From: the human T2T-CHM13v2.0 reference genome, Homo sapiens
Assembly: GCF_009914755.1 (NCBI RefSeq)
Contig: NC_060947.1
Direction: 5' to 3' (one strand)
Length of the DNA: 64,000 bases
Under the pieces are notes generated by a model. That model searched no databases and was not told the origin of the DNA. It saw nothing but the letters and a program-made list of their open reading frames with translations. Below, in pieces: positions 47,410 to 60,349 of this stretch (position 1 is its first letter; each line of letters opens with the position of its first letter). The position numbers and the translations under genes were made by a program.

Positions 47410-47767
47410 TGCATCAGTCCATTCAGGATGCTATAACCCATAAACTGGGTGGCTCATAAACAACAGAAATTTATTTCTCAGGGTTCTGTGGCTGCAAAGT
47501 CCAAGAGCAAGGTACTAGCAGATTCAGTGTCTGGTGAGGGCCCACTTTCTGGCTTATAGACAACAATCTTCTCACTGCATCCTCACATGGCAGAAGGGGC
47601 GAGGCAGCTCTTTAGGGCCTCTTTTGTAAGGGCAGTAATCCCCTTCATGAGGGCTCCACCATCATTACCTAATCACCTACCAAAGGCCCCTCACCTCTAA
47701 ACACCATCACTTTGGGGATTAGAATTTCACCGTATGAGCTATGACGGGACAAATTCAGTTCCTAACA
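47410..47767 (-). mobile_element. MLT1A0-like solo LTR
   Basis: 'gcagattcagtgtctggtgagggccc'; 5-bp TSD CATGC. Confidence 0.88.
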
Positions 47768-48375
47768 CATGCACTGTATGGAGAGCATGAGGGAAGATCC
47801 ACTTGTGCCTGGCTCCATGACTGGGTTTGGATCCAGAAAAGAAAGCAGAATGGAACATTCTAGGCCATGCTGTTATCTATTGGAGAGGCTTAAAAGCACC
47901 ACTTCTGTGACCTGATTGGAGAAGTCAGTTACCAGATATGTAGTAGGAATAAATGTAGGCCCGGGAAGGAGGAAGCAAAAATATAGGGGAAAAATATTGG
48001 GGGAAGGGAAGGGAATAAATATAACAATCTGCAAGTGTCTAGAGAAGAGTTATTTCAGTAGGAATCTTGGTGACATTGAATTTTAGCCACTTGAATACAC
48101 ATCTCCTGCTGAGGAGACCAATTTTTAGGGGGATAAAGCTATTTGGAGCATTTTGAAGGTTATGCTAGTTGTTTCCAACATTTAGACTGTGTAATCCTGG
48201 ATGGCCTTGAATGATTTCTTCAACAATTGAATCCTAACACCACCCCTATATAAAGTAGGGAGCAATGAACAACTTTGATAATAAGAACAAAATCTGCACA
48301 ATCAAAAAGGTCAGAAACAACTGCTACAGTGGATGATGAAGCACTAGATGGGATGCCGAGCTCAACAGATGTTAC

Positions 48376-48678
48376 TTTTTTTTTTTTTTTTTTTTTGAGA
48401 CGGAGTTTTGTTCTTGTCGCCCAGGCTGGAGTGCAATGGCGCCATCTCGGCTCACCGCAACCTTCACCTCCCGGTTCAAGCGATTCTCCTGCCTCAGCCT
48501 CCCGAGTAGCTGGGATTACAGGCATGCACCACCATGCCCGGCTAATTTTGTATTTTCAGTAGAGATGGGGTTTCTCCATGTTGGTCAGGCTGGTCTCAAA
48601 CTCCCGACCTCAGGTGATCCGCCCGCCTCAGCCTCCCAAAGTGCTGGGATTACAGGCATGAGCCACCACGTACAGCCT
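48376..48678 (-). mobile_element. AluSp
   Basis: 'gggtttctccatgttggtc' and 'ctcaccgcaacc'; TSD TTACTTTTT. Confidence 0.93.
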
Positions 48679-48951
48679 TACTTTTTGTTTTATTTTTAAC
48701 TCTGAATTATCAAAATCCAAGCATGAGAGTGGTATATACCTAACAAATAAGAGCAGAGCTAATTTTTCTCATGAGCCAAGGATAGGACTTCTAAAGAAAT
48801 GTGACAAAAATAAAGGCTGGGTTGATGGACTTGTAGATGCACAGTGGGCTAGATGTCGTTACAGATTTCTGTCAAAATTGAGTTAATTGCCCAATAATGT
48901 TTAGAAGATCAGTGTATTTCTTTGCAAAGGCTAAAAATAGAATCGTGCCTT

Positions 48952-49417
48952 TGTTCGGGGCTGAATTGTGTCCCCCTACAGAAAGAGATGTTTAATTATT
49001 TAATACCTGGTACTTCAGAACTAATCTTATTTGGAAATAGGGTTATTGCAGATGTAATCAGTGAAGATAAGGTTATACTGGAGTAGGGTGGCTCCTAATC
49101 CAATATAATTGGTGTTCTTAAAAACAAACAGCCATGTGAAGACATAGACATATACGGAGAATTGTATGTGACAACAAAGGCAGAGATTGGAGTTACTCAC
49201 CTGCAAAGGAAGGAATGCCAAGGATTGCCAGCAAACCACTGGAAGCTAGGGAGAGGCAAGGAGGTATCATCCCCTACTGGTTTCAGGGGCAGAATGGCCC
49301 TTTTGGCACCTTGATTTCAGACTTCTAGCCTCCAGAACAATGAGATGATAAATTGCTGCTGTTCCAAGCCACACCATTTGTGGTACTTTATTATGGCAAC
49401 CCTAGGAAAGTAATACA
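48952..49417 (+). mobile_element. MLT1C/B-like solo LTR
   Basis: 'gctgaattgtgtcccc...ttatttggaaatagggt...ctaggaaagtaataca'. Confidence 0.85.
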
Positions 49418-49674
49418 GCTTCCTATGCTAAAAAGGAGGACTTGAATACCTCTACTCCAAGTACCTTAGTATGCCTTCTAGGATCCGAAAACAAAGCGTG
49501 TGAAGCTCTAAGACATGGGAATTGGAAGAGAGATCGTTTCAAAAAGTAATTGTTTTCTAGGTAGCCTCATCTTGCCTAACTTTTCCTCTTTCTCACTTTA
49601 TGCTCCAAAAATTCCTCTCTACTTCCAGGTCCTGAACATGAGGTATTCTTTCACACTTTTCACTTTGTTGCATG

Positions 49675-50023
49675 CAGTCATGTGCCTCATTAATAATATT
49701 TTGGTCAATGATGGGCCACATATGCAACAGTGGTAATATACAATTATAAAATCATGTTTTCCTTTACCTTTTCTATGTTTTCTAAACATATGTTTCGATA
49801 CACACTTACAATTGTGTTACAATTGCCTACAGTATTCAGTAAAGTCACATCCTATACAGGTTTGTAGCCCAAGAGTAATAGGTTATACCATATGGCCTCA
49901 GCGTGTGGTAGGCTGTACTCTCTAGGTTTGTGCAAGTACATTCTATGATGTTTGTACAATGACAGAATAACCTAATGATGCATTTCTCAGAACATATTCT
50001 CATTGTTAAGAGATGCATGACTG
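49675..50023. mobile_element. Tigger3a (MER7-type) MITE
   Basis: TIRs CAGTCATGTGCCTCATTAA ... TTAAGAGATGCATGACTG|TA. Confidence 0.82.
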
Positions 50024-51159
50024 TACTAATCCATCTAAGTGAAATCCCCTCTGCATCCAACTAGGTCTCCCCTCCCTATTTCTACCCCAACTGAGTCTTA
50101 TTATAAGGCTCATTGCTTCATATTATTTGTTGAATGAATTAATGAATAAGTAAACATTATTCAAAATCTATAAGACTTCCACAGAAAGCCTTATAGTATA
50201 AATACTCACAGTTTATGATCCAATAAAGTTAAAATAAATCAAAAGATGACCAGAATATATACTTGGAATATTTTAAAAAGGAAAGAAAAAACGGAAATTA
50301 AAAATCTATCTACCTAAAAAGCAGACAGCAGGAAAATATTCCATGCAAAAATAAATGGGAGTCATCAAAAGTTACACTCAGAAAAAAATACGTATCTTAT
50401 ATGTTTTCATTATTATTGAAAAAGGAAGAAAAGTAAATAATATAACCGTCATGGAAAGAAATTAAAAACACAAAGGAAACAACCCTAGAAAAAGAAAGTT
50501 TGTATAGATAAAATATAGTTAAGTACCTAAATGCATTAGATTAAAACACCAACACAAACTAAAGTAAACAGAATCTTTAAAAAGATTTTTTAAGGCTTAC
50601 AAGTTGGAACAAGAAAAAAATAGAAAATCATTGTATGTAAAATTAAGAATAAGAATAGTGACACAACTTAATGTAGGTAAAGGATTAAAATACTTCTAAT
50701 TTTATAACACATGTAATTCTATGGCACCACATTTGAAAATCTAGAGGAATTACATGATTCCTAACTAAACATGTCAAAAACTAAAATAGGCCTATTACTA
50801 GTAACATAATTAGAAATATTAGTTAAAATCTGCCATTAAAAAGAACCTCAGAACAAGTTTATTTTACAAATGAGTTCTAAAGTTCTGAAGACTAGATCAT
50901 TTCAATGTTTTTAAAGAAGTTTCAATTCTTAGAAAAATTCTCAAATTCCATTTATTAAGGCTGCATAACTGTGCTAACAGAATCTTTTAAAAATGTACAA
51001 CAAATATAGAAAGTAAATGCTAAAATTGTGATGGAAATAGTAATCTGTAGAACAAATCAATGTGTAAAAAAAAACCCTGTATACTGTGACCAAGTAGAGT
51101 TTCTTCCAGTAATCCAGTAATCCTATGTTAGTTTTTATTAATATAGTTTATGACTCAAT

Positions 51160-51589
51160 AGCTTAATATGACTTTGTGTTGCTATAAAGGAGTACCTGGG
51201 GCTAGGTAATTTATTTAAAAAGAGGTTTATTTGGCTCATAGTTCTGTAGGTTGTGCAACAAGCATGACGCCAGCATCTGCTTCTGGGGAGGGCCTCAGAA
51301 TGCTTCCACTCATGGTGGAAGGTGAAGGGTAGCAGTGTGCAGAGAACACATGGTGAGACAGGAAGCAAGAGAGAGGGTGGAGGCGGTGCTAGGCTCTTTC
51401 TAACAATCAGTTCTCTCAGGGAACTAATAGAGTAAGAACTCACTCGCTCCCATGAGAATGGCACCAAACCATTTATGAGGGATCTGTGCCCCACCCATCC
51501 AACATCTCCCACCAAGCCCCACTTCCAACACTGGTGATCAAATATCGTCAGATTTGATGGGGCCAACCAAACTACATCCAAATCCTAGC
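51160..51589 (-). mobile_element. MSTB-like solo LTR
   Basis: 'ttgctataaaggagtacctggggctaggtaatttat...gcatctgcttctggggagggcctcag'. Confidence 0.85.
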
Positions 51590-53993
51590 ATGACTTAATT
51601 TCTGAATAGGCAATTCTCATCTTTTTACTATTCTTTTTTCAAAATTATTTTGGTTTATCATGAACCTTCATGCTTTCATAAAAACTTAGAATTAGTTTGT
51701 CACATTCCCCCAAAATTTCAACTTGAGTTTTCAGTGGCATTTCATGAAATTTAAGTAGTAATCCAGCTTTTATTATTTTGTTTTGTCATTCATTAATATA
51801 GCATATCTTTCCATTTATTCATAGCTGCTTTTATGCCCTATTTAGGAGACATCTACAGTTTTTTCTATACGTGTATTGTGAATCCTTGGTTAGATTAATC
51901 GTTAGCTACATTTTGGGTCATGTTGCTAATATATCCTAGGTTTTATTAAATTTTTAATTGGATGTTTCTGCTTTACAGGAATTGTTTTATTCACATCATT
52001 TGAGAAAGGTGAGAACATTATTTTTTTCCTTCAAATATTTTTTGACATATTTAGTTGGCCAGAAGCTCTAGATTATAATGAACTTTAACCACCATAGGGA
52101 GGATGCATCTTACCTTGGTTCTTTGAGTGTGATATTAGCTGTTGATTTGGTGGGTAATTGTCCATTAACTACTATCTAGTTAAGAACTACCCTTTGAATT
52201 ATCGTTTCTTTTTTTAGTAAATATATCTTGGATCTCTCAAATTCTTTGCCTGCATATACTTAAAATTGTATGACCTTTTTCACCTTTAGTTCACAAGGTG
52301 TTTAATTTTTTTGAGAGTTTTTCTGATGTTAAATGATCTTTTAGTGTAGGTACAATCCCGACTTAATTATGAGATATGTTCTTTTTTTAACCACTGTTAG
52401 ATTCAGTTGCCAACATTTTGTTCAGGAATTTAAAAAATGTGCCCATAATTGAAATTAATCAATAATTTTCTTATACTATGCTTTTTCGCTATATTGGGGG
52501 GCATTCTTTCTTTGTATTTTGTGTTAAGATTATTTATTCCTTGAAAGTTTGCAGAAACTCACATATAAAGTCATCTGGATCTGAGGCTTTTGGGAAGAGT
52601 GGTTATATGTGAACGTGAAGGGAAATGTAGATAAATATTTGATTTCTTTCAGGACTCATATGTTCCACATTTCTTCAAATTATTAAATGTATTTGCATAT
52701 GGTTGTTTATAACTTTTTATTATTTTAATGCCTATTATAGCTGTAGTTATTTTTCATTTTTTCTTCTGTATTTGGTTATTTATATATTTATTTTTATCAA
52801 TCTGACTTGAGACTTGTTTTTCTCATTAGTCTTTTCAGAGGGCCAGCTTTTTCGGTTTTTTTAAATCAGTTTCACTGGTTGTTGCTTCTGAAATTCATTC
52901 ATTTATGTCTTTATTTTTATGATTTTTGTTTAATGTTCCTGTTTAATTCCTTTTCTAGCTTCTTGAGTTGAATGCTTAGCGCATCCATTAAAATCCTTTC
53001 GTTTTCTAATAAATATCTTTAAATATACAAAACTTCCTCTACAGACTGAATTCCACATACTTTCACATGTGCTTTTATTGTCATCATTGTCATTCAGCTA
53101 CAAGTATTTTATAATTTATCGTATGGTTTTTCTTTACTAACTGAGTTATGTAGTGGTTTTTCTGTAATATTATAAATGTGTAGGCTGCTTTAAGTTATAA
53201 TAATATCATATTTTTTGTTACTGCATATTACAGTCAGAAAATATTGTCTCTGACTATATTGATTCTTAGAGATTAAACAAAGCTTTCTTTGACACCTAGC
53301 ACATGGTGAATTTTGAATTTTGTAAACGATTCATGTGTGCTTGAAAAGAATATATATTCTGTTTGTTGAAATTAATGAGATACCATCTCACACAAGTCAG
53401 AATGGCTATTACCAAAAACTCAAAATATAGCAGATGTTGGCAAGGATGTGGAGAAAAGAGAACATTTATGTATTGTTGGTGGGCATGTTAGTTAGTACAG
53501 CTTCTATGGAAAACAGTATGGAGATTTCTTGAAGAACTAAAAGTAGAACTACTATTTGATCCAGTAATCCCGCTACTGAGTATTTACCCAAAGGAAAAGA
53601 AATCATTATATCAAAAGACACCAGCACTTGTGTGTTTACTGCAGCACTATTCACAATAGCAAAAATATGGAATCAACCTGTGTCCATCAATGGATAATTG
53701 GATAGTGAAAATATGGTATATATACATGATGGAATACTATGGAACTGTAAAAATAATGAAATCATGTCTCTTACAGCAACATGGATGGTGCTGGAGGCCA
53801 TTATCCTAAGTGAAATAACTCAAAAATGGAAAATCAATACCACATGGTCTCACTTATAAAAGGGAACTATATAATAGGTACACATGAACATATAGATGGA
53901 GATAATAGACACTGGGGACTCCCGAAGAGGGGAGAGTGGAAGGAGGGAGAGGGTTGAAAAATCACCTATTGATTACAATGTTCAATAGATAAT

Positions 53994-55230
53994 TTTGGTT
54001 GGTGCAAACATAATTGTGGTTTTTGCATTGTTGGAATTTCCTGTTTGATATTGGAATACATTCTTAAATGTGGTTATGTTATACATCATTTTAATGGGCA
54101 TTTCTCACTCTTTTTTTTTTTTTTTGCTAATGACTTCTTACTTACTTTTTATTTTATGTTTATTGTTGACTATGGAAGTGATGTTAGGCAAAAAGTAAAT
54201 TCGAGTGATTTTCTTATTCGAGTTCAAAATGGGTTTTAAAGCAGCACAGACAACTTGCAACATCAACATATTTGGCCCAGGAACTGCTAAGGAACATAAA
54301 GTGCAGTGGTGGTTCAAGAAGTTTTGCAAAGGAGACGAGAGCCTTGAAAATGAGGAGCCTAGTAGCTGGCCATCAGAAGTTGACAACGACCAATTGAGAG
54401 GAATCATCAAAGCTGATCCTCTTACAACTACACGAGAAGTTGCCAATGAACTCAACGTCTGCCCCAGTCATTCAACATTTGAAGCAAATTGGAAAAGTGA
54501 AAAAGCTCGATAAGTGGGTGCCTCATGAGCTGAGCACAAATTTTAAAAATCATCATTTTGAAGTGTTGTCTTCTCTGATGCTACGCAACAACGATGAACC
54601 GTTTCTCAATCAGATTGTGTGACGAAAAAGTGGATTTTATATGACAACTGGTGACGACCAGCTCAGTGATTGGACCGAGAAAAAGCTCCAAAGTACTTCC
54701 CAAAGCCAAACATGCACCAAAAAAAGGTCATGGTCACTGTTGGATGGTCTCTTGCCAGTCTGATCCACTACAGCTTTCTGAATCCCAGAGAAACTATTTC
54801 ATCTGAGAAGTATGCTCAGCAAATCGATGAGGTGCACTGAAAACTGCAATGGCTGCAGCTGGCATTGGTTGAGAGATAAGGCCCAATTCTTCTCCACAAC
54901 AGCACCTGACCGTATGTCGCATAACCAATACTTCAAAAGTTGAACGAATTGTGCTATGAAGTTTTATCTCATCTATCATATTCACCCGACCTCTCACCAA
55001 CCGACTACCACTTCTTTAAGCATCTCAGCAACTTTTTGCAGGGAAAATGCTTCCACAACCAGCAGGATGCAGAAAATGCTTTCCAAGAGTTTGTGGAATC
55101 CCAAAGCATGGATTTTTATGCTACAGGAGTAAACATTTCTCATTGACAAAAATATATTGATTGTAATGGTTCCTATTTTGATTAATAAAGATGTGTCTGA
55201 ACCTAGTTATAATGACTTAAAATTCACAGT
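53994..55230 (+). mobile_element. Hsmar1 mariner transposon, near full length, right TIR missing
   Basis: Left TIR 'tggttggtgcaaacataattgtggtttttgc'; ends at 'aaattcacagt' without the TIR. Confidence 0.92.
54172..55185 (+). pseudogene. Hsmar1 transposase pseudogene
   Basis: FLFEFKMG, WVPHEL and YSPDLSPTDYHFFKHL motifs in different frames; multiple stops and frameshifts. Confidence 0.92.
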
Positions 55231-56086
55231 GTTCACCATCATGTAATATATACATGTGACCAACCTGCACATGTACTCCCTGAATCTATATAAATAAAAC
55301 ATTTTCTGTATTTATAATATTAAAGTTCAAACTTAATAATACTATTATTCAGTTAGCCTTTTATTGCTTGCTTAATCTATCAGTATCTAATAAAAAGAGT
55401 ATAATAAAATCTGTAATTACAATTGTTGATTTCTGCATTTCTTTGCTTGGTTGTGTCTATTGTAGCTCTATAAATTTTGAAGCTGTTGTTAATGTAAAGA
55501 TGTTCAAGACTGTTACATCTTTTTCAATTATTTTTCTGCTTACCAACATTCAATGTGCGCCAATTTAAAATCTATTTTGTCTGAGATTAAAATTACCCCC
55601 CACTCAGCTTGAATCTCTTCATCTTTATCTGATACAGCTTTTCCCTTCCATTTTATTTAAATAAATAGCTGGATCTTTATCTTATGTGCTTATTTGCTTG
55701 CTTTTTAATCCAATCTGACAGTTTATCTCTATACATAAATTTAAAATATTTTTATTTCTATTTTTTGTACTGTTATATTAGGCCTCGTGTCTGCACTTTA
55801 TTTCATGTTTTAATTTGAAAATTATTTTGTAATATATAGCATTCTCCTTTTTTACTTTTCAATGGACACATCAAATTTTATATTCTCTGGATCAAAGGTT
55901 ATCTATTATATTTTTGTTCATCAGATGATTACATTAAATTGCCAATATTGATATTGATGTTTATTTTTTTCCAGTCCATTTGGAAAGTTTCCCAATGGAA
56001 GGCACCCCCAAAGGGCTCTCTCCTCCACTCTCTGTACTCTTTTACTACCTAAGCACCTTTTCTCAAATCGTTAACATCATTCAGAG

Positions 56087-56564
56087 CAGCAGTTTTCAAA
56101 CTGTGGTCTGCAGCCCTTTGGGGGTGCCCAAGACACTTTCAAAGTATATGCCAGGTCCAAATTGTTTTCACAATGATACTAAGTATTTATCTGCCTTTTT
56201 CATTCTGCTTCGTTCGTGAGTATATAGTGTATTTTTTCCGGAGGCTGCATGACATATATCACAACAGGCTGGTATTAGAATCTAGCTGTTTCCTACAATT
56301 AAAATATTTGCAAAACCCTGAAACAGTGCCAATCCTTAAATTTTTCTGCTTTGGATATTTATTCATAAGACACATCTTTATGTAACCTAAAATGGGTTTA
56401 ATATTATAACTTTTAATAAATACATATTTTAAAATTTATGTTTGAATTTATAATTCACAATATGGTAAATATTGATGGACATAATCCACTTAAAAGTTCT
56501 TTGGCATTCTCAACAATTTTTAAGAATAAATTGATCTTGTGACCAAAATGTTTGAGAACTGCTG
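56087..56564. mobile_element. Charlie1b-like hAT element
   Basis: TIRs CAGCAGTTTTCAAAC ... GTTTGAGAACTGCTG. Confidence 0.78.
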
Positions 56565-57116
56565 TGTTAAAGTTTTGGTTCCAGATTGATTGGGATATAG
56601 TTTTTCAAATCATTGTATTGTAGACAACAATAATTCGTACTAATTTGGTCATTTATAATCATATTGATCATTTCTTTTCTTATTGAAATATTTCCTCCAC
56701 GAGTGCTTTGAAATAGTGTGCCTGAAAAGTGTTATGAGGCATTTTAATCCTGATAATATTTTTACACTTTCTTGTTTATGCAATATTTTAATGAATGTGA
56801 AATCTTTGGCCCATATTCTTTCTTGTAGTTTTTATTGTCTCCTTCCACCTAGCATTTCTGTTGTGAAGTTTGATATTAATATAATGCTTTATCCTTTAAA
56901 ATTTTACATGATATGTATTAGAGCTGAACAAAATATTAATATTGCAAAATATGAAAATACTTATACATGCATAAAAGTTTGAAAAGGCACCCAAAGTTTT
57001 TATCAAGTTTATTTTCAAGTTTTTATCACCAGTTGGTATGAGTACATGAATTTCAGTAGTTTCTTAAACTCCTGTAGATTTCTCAAAGTTTATACAGTAA
57101 GCATAAATTACTTTTT

Positions 57117-57291
57117 TAAAAAAGTTAAAGTTTTAATTTTGATTTTTGTGGGTACCTAATAGATGTATATATTTATGGGGTACATGAGATATTTTGATAC
57201 AGGAATGCAATGTGTAATAGTCACATCAGAGTAAATGGGGTATTCATCACCTCAAGCATTTATCCTTTGTGCTACAAGCAATCCAATTATA
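57117..57291 (-). mobile_element. Short L1MA2/3-like 3' end
   Basis: 'atttatggggtacatgagatattttgatacagg...catcacctcaagcatttatcc'; flanking ATTACTTTT repeats. Confidence 0.82.
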
Positions 57292-58925
57292 TATTACTTT
57301 TATAATCAGAAAAAGTGAATTTCTTTACAGCATTTCTGAAGAAGTGCAAAAAATGGAAAAGGGGAAAACTACAATTATTTATTTTGAGGCTACATGTACA
57401 TGTATCAGAGTACATGTACTCTGTACAATGTACTCTGTTGATTGGATCATTTTGAACTTGACATAATTTGATCATCACATGAAAATTGTGAAACAGCAAT
57501 TATGGAGCTACAGCTTTGTCATTCCCCATACGTGAGATTTTGTAGGTTTTTGGTCTAAAGTATGTATTTTGCCTTTCATCAACAAAATAAAAATTGCCTG
57601 GATAATTTTTTTAAAACACATTTTTAGAAACGCAGTTATTCTGGTTGTGATAATTTTAGAAATTGTGTTTTCTATTTGCACTTCTCTTAATGTAACACTA
57701 CTGTTTCTGATGAGTCACGATAATGTATATTTATGCCCTTCAAAATGTAGGTTTTGAAATATTTTATAAATGACTGGATGTAATTATTTAACAACCATTT
57801 TGTGTCCCCCAAACCTATAATTGTTGTTGTGTAAGTGAATGGGAAAGAAAATGGAAAAGAAGATCAGTAACACCACAAATATGCCTAGAACTTACATAAA
57901 ATTATTTTTAAAAATAGCAATAAATGACAAAATGAAGGGGGATGTAAAGCTCTCATTTATGCATTTATGGCTTATATTTATGTTCGTTTATATATAGGAT
58001 CATAAAGCTGACAAAAATGATTATTGCAACAAAAATGTGGCAAAAGCTTCTTATATGTCAAAGCAAACTTAAGAAATTAGCAGCTTATAGACAGAAGTGA
58101 AGGTTAGTAGAATCTTGAAGAGCAATCTTTACATGATAATTAGGCAGTGAAATGCATACACAAGATGAACAAAATCAAACAATAAATTCTCTCACTCAAG
58201 TGTCAATGTATATTGCACATTACTAAAGAAAGTACAGGGAGAAGAATAATTTCTTGGAGTAAAATTGAGCAGCCTTAAATCCAGAGCTCATGTTCTATTC
58301 CTGCTAGGAACCTGAGTCATTGTTTTATCTCAGGCAAGTAAGTCATTTTGCTTCTTTCTGCCTCAAATTACTCATCTATAAAAAGCTATACTTTCAGCTT
58401 TCTTACAGACCATCCCATCACGCCTCTTCTTTATCTACTGAGTGCCGGATATCAACCCAGGAAGCAAATTTAGGAATTAATTCAGAAATAAAAGCTCCAA
58501 CTTCAAAAAATAAAAATAAAGATGGAACATTATGAACAAGCTAACTCTGGAAGTAGTGAGTTGTATATTTCATTTTAGCTCATGATGATTGGCACAATCT
58601 TTAAAAATTATCATTGCTGCTGTTCAGATTTAATATCACCTATGTCGAGGTTACATTATAGATACAGATAAGGTTCACATTATCATCATCCTGCCCCTGA
58701 GGCAAATTATCATATCTTTAGTTCTAATTAATTTCATAATTTTATTTTATGATTTGTTAAATTTTTTTTAATTTTACAAACAATAATGAGCACCATTCTA
58801 TTACATGTCTACTTGAGCTTTTTCTTCCTCAATGTGAGCTTCTAATAAATGAAAAAAAAAAAGATTTTGTATGCAATGGAAATAACCATTCATTAATAAC
58901 CATATATTAAACCTAGCTTCTAGTC

Positions 58926-59260
58926 AGCCTAGAGCAGCGGTTCACGTCTGTAATTCCAGCACTTTGGGAGGCCAAGGCAGGTGGATAGCTTGAGCAATAT
59001 CATACTCATTGATAATTATGATTTCTAAGGGTTAGGAGTTTGAGACTAGCCTGGGCAACATCGTGAAACCCTGTCTCCACAAAAAAATACAAAAATTAGC
59101 CTGGCATGGTCGTGTGTGCCTGTAGTCACAGTGACTCAGGAGGCTGCGGTGGGAGGAACGCTTGGGCTCAAGGAGGTCAAGGCTGCAGTGAGCCATGATT
59201 GCACCACTGCACTCCAGCCTGGACAACAGAGTGAGAGCCTGTCTCAAAAATAAATAAAAA
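58926..59260 (+). mobile_element. AluJ with ~37-bp foreign insertion in the left arm
   Basis: J diagnostics 'aggaggtcaaggctgcagtgagccatgatt'; insert at 58996-59032. Confidence 0.92.
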
Positions 59261-59279
59261 CAAATTTAAAGAAATTAAA

Positions 59280-59640
59280 TAGCACATCTATTTGGTGTCC
59301 CTGCTTGGCAAAAATTTTACATATGTGATCAAAGTTAATCCATATAGCGGTATGTGGTTACTATAGCAAGTAACTGAGGAACATGATAATCAAAAAGATT
59401 AAATAACTTAAGTTACAGAACAAGTCCATGACACTACCAACAATTATGTCCAGATCTCATTGAATTTAATACTTCCCTATGGATTTTCTACTGTAACCTA
59501 TATTACCTCTTACTCCATTCAACTCCGTTCAGCAAATATTTATTGAACAGCTACTATGTACCGGGTACTATTCTAGGCATTGGTAAAACATTACTTTCAT
59601 TCACAAACAGACAAAATCTCTTGCTTCTGCGGGTTTGAAT
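59280..59640 (-). mobile_element. MIR (59280-59500) and L2 3' end (59515-59640)
   Basis: 'ctgaggaacatgataatcaaaagattaaataactt'; 'ttcagcaaatatttattgaacagctactatgtaccggg'. Confidence 0.6.
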
Positions 59641-60349
59641 CTCAGTACATATTATTAAGTGCATGTTTTTGGGTAGATTAGATAACTTCCATGGACATTC
59701 GATGTCTTTATTGATAAATATAAAAATATTTACTCATTTATATGATAACATTGACATTAGGATCAAAGATGGTGCCTCGTGTGAAAACATTTTTAAAACT
59801 CTAAGGCACCCTTCGTAATAAAAATATATTTCATCTTTCCCAAAGAGCTATATTTCAGCCAAATGGACAAAAGTGAGACGTGAAACCAACAGAATAGGGA
59901 GTAAAGAGAGAAAAAAAAGAGATACAGATTTTTTTAAACCTGCAACGGTGTCATCAAAGGGACATTGATAATTATGATTTCTAAGGGTGCAAAAATCTAT
60001 TATAAGATCTCTTGGCAGAAAATTGATATAGAAGTGCCCTAGGTATTTCCTGGCATCATATTTAAAATGTATATGTGTTTGGAGTTTTGTTTTGTTTCTT
60101 AAACATTACTTTTGGCATATGGATGCATTGACTTTTCTAAGTAAAAATTTGAAATTATAACAAAGAGTGAATCTGAAAGGGAACAATGAACAAGGAATTA
60201 ACATAAAGTCTAGAGATCAGGATAAATATGTACTAATAGAATTGCAGTGATATGTAATCCACTGGAGGAAAGCATAGGATCAAAGTTAAGTAGTCTTTAT
60301 TTTTACTTTTTTTGGTATTATTCCACTCACTGTTATTGTTATGACTATT

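Larger units (their letters stand above)
53373..55299 (+). mobile_element. L1PB-type 3' end interrupted by Hsmar1
   Basis: 'aatgagataccatctcacacaagtcagaatgg...agggttgaaaaatcacctattg' and resumption 'aacctgcacatgtactccctgaatcta'. Confidence 0.85.
51600..56000 (-). mobile_element. Very old degenerate L1M remnants (51600-53370 and 55300-56000) flanking younger insertions
   Basis: T-rich antisense L1-like text; 'cttgaaaagaatatatattctgtttgttg' resumes after 55300. Confidence 0.45.

Noticed and set aside
54172-55185. SETMAR transposase exon or active mariner
   Set aside because: Multiple stops and frameshifts, no SET-domain exons nearby, and inserted in an L1 3'UTR.
57391-57423. p53 response element
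   Set aside because: CATG cores are present, but flanks (GTACATGTAC) break RRRCWWGYYY at two positions per half-site.
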